Source of the DNA: Heptranchias perlo
Lineage: Eukaryota
Direction: 5' to 3'
Length of the DNA: 64,000 nucleotides
NCBI RefSeq assembly: GCF_035084215.1
Contig: NC_090328.1
Location: forward strand, 30,442,001-30,506,000
Shown piece after piece: positions 59,399 to 64,000 of the stretch (position 1 is its first letter; every line of letters starts with the position of its first letter). The translations under genes and the position numbers were made by a program. The notes below the pieces were generated by a model. That model did not search any database, was not told the origin of the DNA, and was given only the letters and a program-made list of their open reading frames with translations.

Positions 59399-62340
59399 TC
59401 ATGTCCAATTTCCTGCCCGCTCCCCATAACCCCTAATTCCCTTTACTTCTAGGAAACTGTCTATTTCTGTTTTAAATTTATCTAATGATGTAGCTTCCAC
59501 AGCTTCCTGGGGCAGCAAATTCCACAGACCTACCACCCTCTGAGTGAAGAAGTTTCTCCTCATCTCAGTTTTGAAAGAGCAGCCCCTTATTCTAAGATTA
59601 TGCCCCCTAGTTCTAGTTTCACCCATCTTTGGGAACATCCTTACTGCATCCACCCGATCAAGACCCTTCACAATCTTATATGTTTCAATAAGATCGCCTC
59701 TCATTCTTCTGAACTCCAATGAGTAGAGTCCCAATCTACTCAACCTCTCCTCATGTGTCCGCCCCCTCATCCCCGGGATTAACCGAGTGAACCTTCTTTG
59801 TACTGCCTCGAGAGCAAGTATGTCTTTTCTTAAGTATGGAGACCAAAACTGTATGCAGTATTCCAGGTGCGGTCTCACCAATACCTTATATAACTGCAGC
59901 AATACCTCCTTGTTTTTATATTCTATCCCCCTAGCAATAAAAGCCAACATTCCGTTGGCTTTCTTGATCACCTGCTGCACCTGCATACCAACTTTTTGAT
60001 TTTCTTGCACTAGGACCCCCAGATCCCTTTGTACTGCAGTACTTTCCAGTCTCTCGCCATTAAGAAAATAACTTGCTCTCTGATTTTTCCTGCCAAAGTG
60101 CATAACCTCACATTTTCCAATATTATATTGCATCTGCCAAATCTCTGCCCACTCACCCAGCCTGTCTATATCCCCTTGCAGGTTTTTTATGTCCTCCTCA
60201 CTCTCTACTTTCCCTCCCATCTTTGTATCATCTGCAAATTTTGATATGTTGCACTCGGTCCCCTCCTCCAAATCGTTAATATAGATTGTAAAGAGTTGGG
60301 GACCCAGCACCGACCCCTGTGGAACACCACTGGTTACTAGTTGCCAGTCCGAAAATGAACCATTTATCCCAACTCTCTGCTTCCTGTTCGATAACCAATC
60401 CTCCACCCATGCCAGAATATTACCCCCATCCCGTGATTTTTTATCTTAAGTAATAATCTTTTATGTGGCACCTTGTCGAATGCCTTCTGGAAGTCTAAAT
60501 ACACTACATCCACTGGTTCCCCTTTATCCACCCTATACGTTATATCCTCGAAGAACTCAAGCAAATTTGTCAGACATGACTTCCCCTTCATAAAGCCATG
60601 CTGACTTTGTCCTATTAAATTATGCTTATCTAAATGTTCCGTTACTGTCTCCTTAATAATAGACTCCAAAATGTTACCCACCACAGATGTTAAGCTAACT
60701 GGCCTATAATTTCCAGCCTTCTGCCTACTACCCTTTTTAAATAACGGTGTTACATTAGCAGTTTTCCAATCTGCCGGGACCTCTCCTGAGTCCAGGGAAT
60801 TTTGGAAAACTATCACCAAAGCATCCACAATCCCTACTGCCACTTCCCTCAAGACCCTAGGATGGAAGCCATCAGGTCCAGGGGATTTATCCGCCTTGAG
60901 TCCCATTATTTTACTGAGTACCATCTCCTGAGTGATTTTAATCGTATTTAGCTCCTCCCCCCCGAGAGTCCCCTGTTTGTCCAGTGTTGGGATATTCTTA
61001 GTGTCCTCTACCGTAAAGACTGAAACAAAATATTTGTTCAGCATTTTTGCCATCTCCATGTTTCCCACCATTAATTTCCCGGTCTCATCTTCTAAGGGAC
61101 CTATGTTTGCCTTAGCCACCCTTTTTCTTTTTATATAACTATAGAAACTCTTGCTATCTGTTTTTATATTTTTTGCTAATTTCTTTTCATAATCTAACTT
61201 CCCTTTCTTAATCAATCCTTTAGTTACTTTTTGCTGTCTTTTGAAGAATTCCCAATCTTCTATCCTCCCACTAAGTTTGGCTACCTTATATGTCCTTGTT
61301 TTTAGTCGGATACTATCCTTGATTTCTTTACTTAGCCACGGGTGGCTGTCATTTCTTTTACACCCTTTTTTCCTCAGTGGAATATATTTATTTTGAAAGT
61401 TGTAAAATAACTCCCTAAATGAACACCACTGCTCATGTACCGTCTTACCCTTTAATCTATTTTCCCAGTCCACTTTAATCAATTCCGCTCTCATACCATC
61501 ATAGTCTCCTTTATTCAAGCTCAGTACGCTTGTTTGAGAATCAACCTTCTCACCCTCTAATTGGATATGGAATTCAACCATGTTGTGGTCGCTCGTTCCA
61601 AGGGGATCCTTAACTAGGACATTATTAATTAATCCTGACTCATTACACAGGACCAGGTCCAAGGTTGCCTGCCCCCTTGTAGGATCAGTTACATACTGCT
61701 CAAGAAATCCATCCCTGATGCACTCAATGAACTCGTCCTCAAGGCTGCTCTGCCCAATTTGATTTGTCCAGTTAATATGATAATTAAAATCCCCCATAAT
61801 TATGGCTGTTCCCTTATTACATGCCCCGACTATTTCCTGATTAATACTTCTTCCAGCAGAGTTGCAACTATTAGGAGGCCTATATACTACGCCCACTAAT
61901 GTTTTTTTTCCCTTATTATTCCTTATCTCCACCCAAACTGTTTCATTATCTTGATGCTTTGTCCCAAAATCATTTCTCTGTATTACAGTGATTCCTTCCT
62001 TTATTAACATAGCCACCCCACCTCCCCTTCCTTCCTGCCTGTCCTTCCTGATTGTTAAATACCCTGGCATATTTAATTCCCAGTCGTTGTCACCCTGCAG
62101 CCATGTTTCTGTAATGGCCACAAGATCATACCCATACGTAGTTATTTGTGCCGTTAACTCGTCCATTTTATTACGAATGCTACGTGCATTCAGATAAAGA
62201 ACTTTCAAATCTGTTTTGTGACGCTTAGTTCCTGCTTTTTCCTTTTTTAACACTTTACCTATTACTCCATACCTTCTGTCCCTTCCTGTTACGCTTTCCT
62301 CTCTCTCCCTGCTCAGGTTCCCAACCCCCTGCCACTTTAG
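59399..62340 (-). CDS. CR1 ORF2, APE endonuclease plus reverse transcriptase, interrupted by one 1-nt frameshift near 60423-60427
   Basis: YLNARS, ITETWL, YRPP, MGDFN, LDL, SDH; KSPGPDG, NYRPVSL, YLDFQKAFDKV, GVPQGSVLGP, FADD. No stops apart from the frame switch. Confidence 0.9.
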
Positions 62341-62550
62341 TTTAAACCCTCCCCAACAGCACTAGCAAACACTCCTCCTAGGACAGCGGTCCCGGCCCTG
62401 CCCAGGTGCAGACCATCCGGTTTGTACTGGTCCCACCTCCCCCAGAACCGTTTCCAGTGTCCCAGGAATTTGAATCCCTCCCCCTTGCACCATTCCTCTA
62501 GCCACGTATTCATTTGAAATATCCTCCTATTTCTACTCTGACTAGCACGT
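62337..62550 (-). CDS. CR1 ORF1 C-terminal SGNH/GDSL esterase fragment
   Basis: NTWLEEWCKGEGFKFLGHW...KPDGLHLGRAG (DxxH block), ends GEGLN*. Confidence 0.88.
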
Positions 62551-62699
62551 TTCTGTTTGCCCAACATGGAGTACACACACACTGTCAGGTCATTTAACTT
62601 GCCCAAGTCCAGAGAGCTTAGGCATAGATTATCAGGACCAAGGCTTAGGGACACAAGTTTACATAGTGGTACTGCTAGAGTTTAACTCTGTTTTTAAAA

Positions 62700-63440
62700 A
62701 AAACAGTCCATGCCAGCCGACAGCAGGACCTGGACAATATCCAGGCTCCAGGCTAATGCTGACAAGTGGCAGATAACATTCATGCCACATAAGGGCCATG
62801 GCAGTGACCATATCCAACAAGAAAAAGTCCACCAACCTCTCCCAGCCTTCAATGGCATCACCATTGTTGAGTCCCCCACCATCAACATCTTGGAGGTCAC
62901 CACTGATCAGAAGCTGAACTGAACCAGCCATTTCAACTATGTGGCTACAAGAGCAGAGGCTGGGTGCTGTGTGACAAGTGGCTCATCTCCTGGTTCATTA
63001 AAGCCTCTCCATTGCTCTGCAATGCACAAGTCAGTAGTATGATGAAATACTCATCACGTGCCTGGATGTGTGCAACTACAACATTCAAAGCTCAACACAA
63101 TCCATGACCCAATAGTCTCCTTGATCAGCAGCCTTTCTTTCTCACCTTCAATGCTATCCACGCACTGTAGGTGGAGTATGTACAGGACACACTACAGCAC
63201 CTCCTAGCCCCATTACCTGTACCATGAGAAGGGCAAGAGCAGCAATATCATGAGAACATCACCTCAGAGTTCCCCTCTAGTTTACATACCATTCTGTATT
63301 GGACATATACAAATAAAACCATTCCTTCGTGATCACGGGGGCAAAATCCTGGAATTCTCTATCATCATTGTGGGAACACCATCGCCAAAAGGACTGTGGT
63401 GGTTCAAGAAGAAAGTCCACTGACTCCCTTCTAGGACACT
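62700..63440 (+). mobile_element. Degenerate fragment of the 51410-53345 family
   Basis: ADKWQITFMPHK, ESPTINILEVTTDQKLN; reverse complement of 51500-52150. Confidence 0.8.
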
Positions 63441-63559
63441 GACCGATGGGACTGGCGTTCTCTCTCGCAGCAGCCACTTCCCCTTTTTTGCCATAAATCC
63501 ACCTCGCAATTTGGTTCAGGCTCTTGAAAATGTCCTTGTGTTTCATACCTAGGACTTCT

Positions 63560-64000
63560 GATCCATGAAGAACTGTTTAAATATACATTGTATGCCACAA
63601 GCTTAACCTCTCTCTTGGGATTTTGCCATCACGGAAGAAAAATTAGAAAAACTAAAGTGCCATTCGCCCATTCTCAACGCAGTCTGCGGACTGTGTCCAA
63701 TCTGAATCTGGCCAGTCAAGATCCCCAGGTAATTATCTAAATCAACATTTGGGACGTGCCTCTTGTATTTTCCAATCAGTACTCTCTAGGTCCCTTCTTG
63801 AGCCTTGCACGGCAATAATAACGCACTTGGGGTTACCCACCATTGATTAGCCCATTGTTCAAAATTGTGAGTAAAGCACACTTGATCCCTAGGTGATTCT
63901 GCTAGTAACAGTGATCTTTGAAGAAGAATGCTGCAATATTCTCAAATGTCTGGAACAGACACTCCTAGGTCATCCTATACACTATTATACACCACATCTT
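63560..64000 (+). mobile_element. Possible decayed endogenous retrovirus pol fragment
   Basis: One frame reads AIITHLGLPTID*P...STLDP...LEQTLLGHPIHYYTPH, with stops. Confidence 0.35.

Larger units (their letters stand above)
59189..62550 (-). mobile_element. Young CR1 LINE, 5'-truncated within ORF1
   Basis: ORF1 C-terminus, complete EN+RT ORF2, 3' UTR and (ATAAGAAC)n tail. Confidence 0.96.

Noticed and set aside
617-63546. Most short ORFs in the supplied track
   Set aside because: They are antisense or shifted frames of CR1, L2 and SINE sequence, or chance ORFs in AT-rich intron.
55146-64000. Remaining POC5 3' exons (PRVVTS...ITARITGR region)
   Set aside because: No matching translation found; presumed to lie beyond the window.

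Overview
Eukaryotic, AT-rich, repeat-dense genomic DNA, most consistent with a cartilaginous fish (shark-type CR1 LINEs, Deu-domain SINEs, LF-SINE-like SINEs, Penelope terminal repeats). The window holds nine plus-strand coding exons of the centriolar gene POC5 (494-55145; 1317 nt, 439 codons, all GT-AG and phase-compatible). No stop codon is reached and the 3' exons were not found in the window. The introns are filled with retroelements. Main observations: (1) a young CR1 (59189-62550, minus) whose ORF2 has no AUG ahead of the endonuclease but joins ORF1 through tandem in-phase slippery heptamers G_GGU_UUA / U_UUA_AAC, suggesting programmed -1 ribosomal frameshifting; (2) the same element has a doubled 3' stem-loop tail and a single homopolymer frameshift; (3) Penelope-type repeats carrying minimal hammerhead ribozyme motifs, including a 63-bp-arm palindrome; (4) a CR1 tail inserted at a splice donor; (5) several MITE-like inverted-repeat elements and a possible decayed ERV pol at the right edge. 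Repeat family names and comparisons with human POC5 come from recalled sequences, not database searches. Repeat boundaries are approximate.
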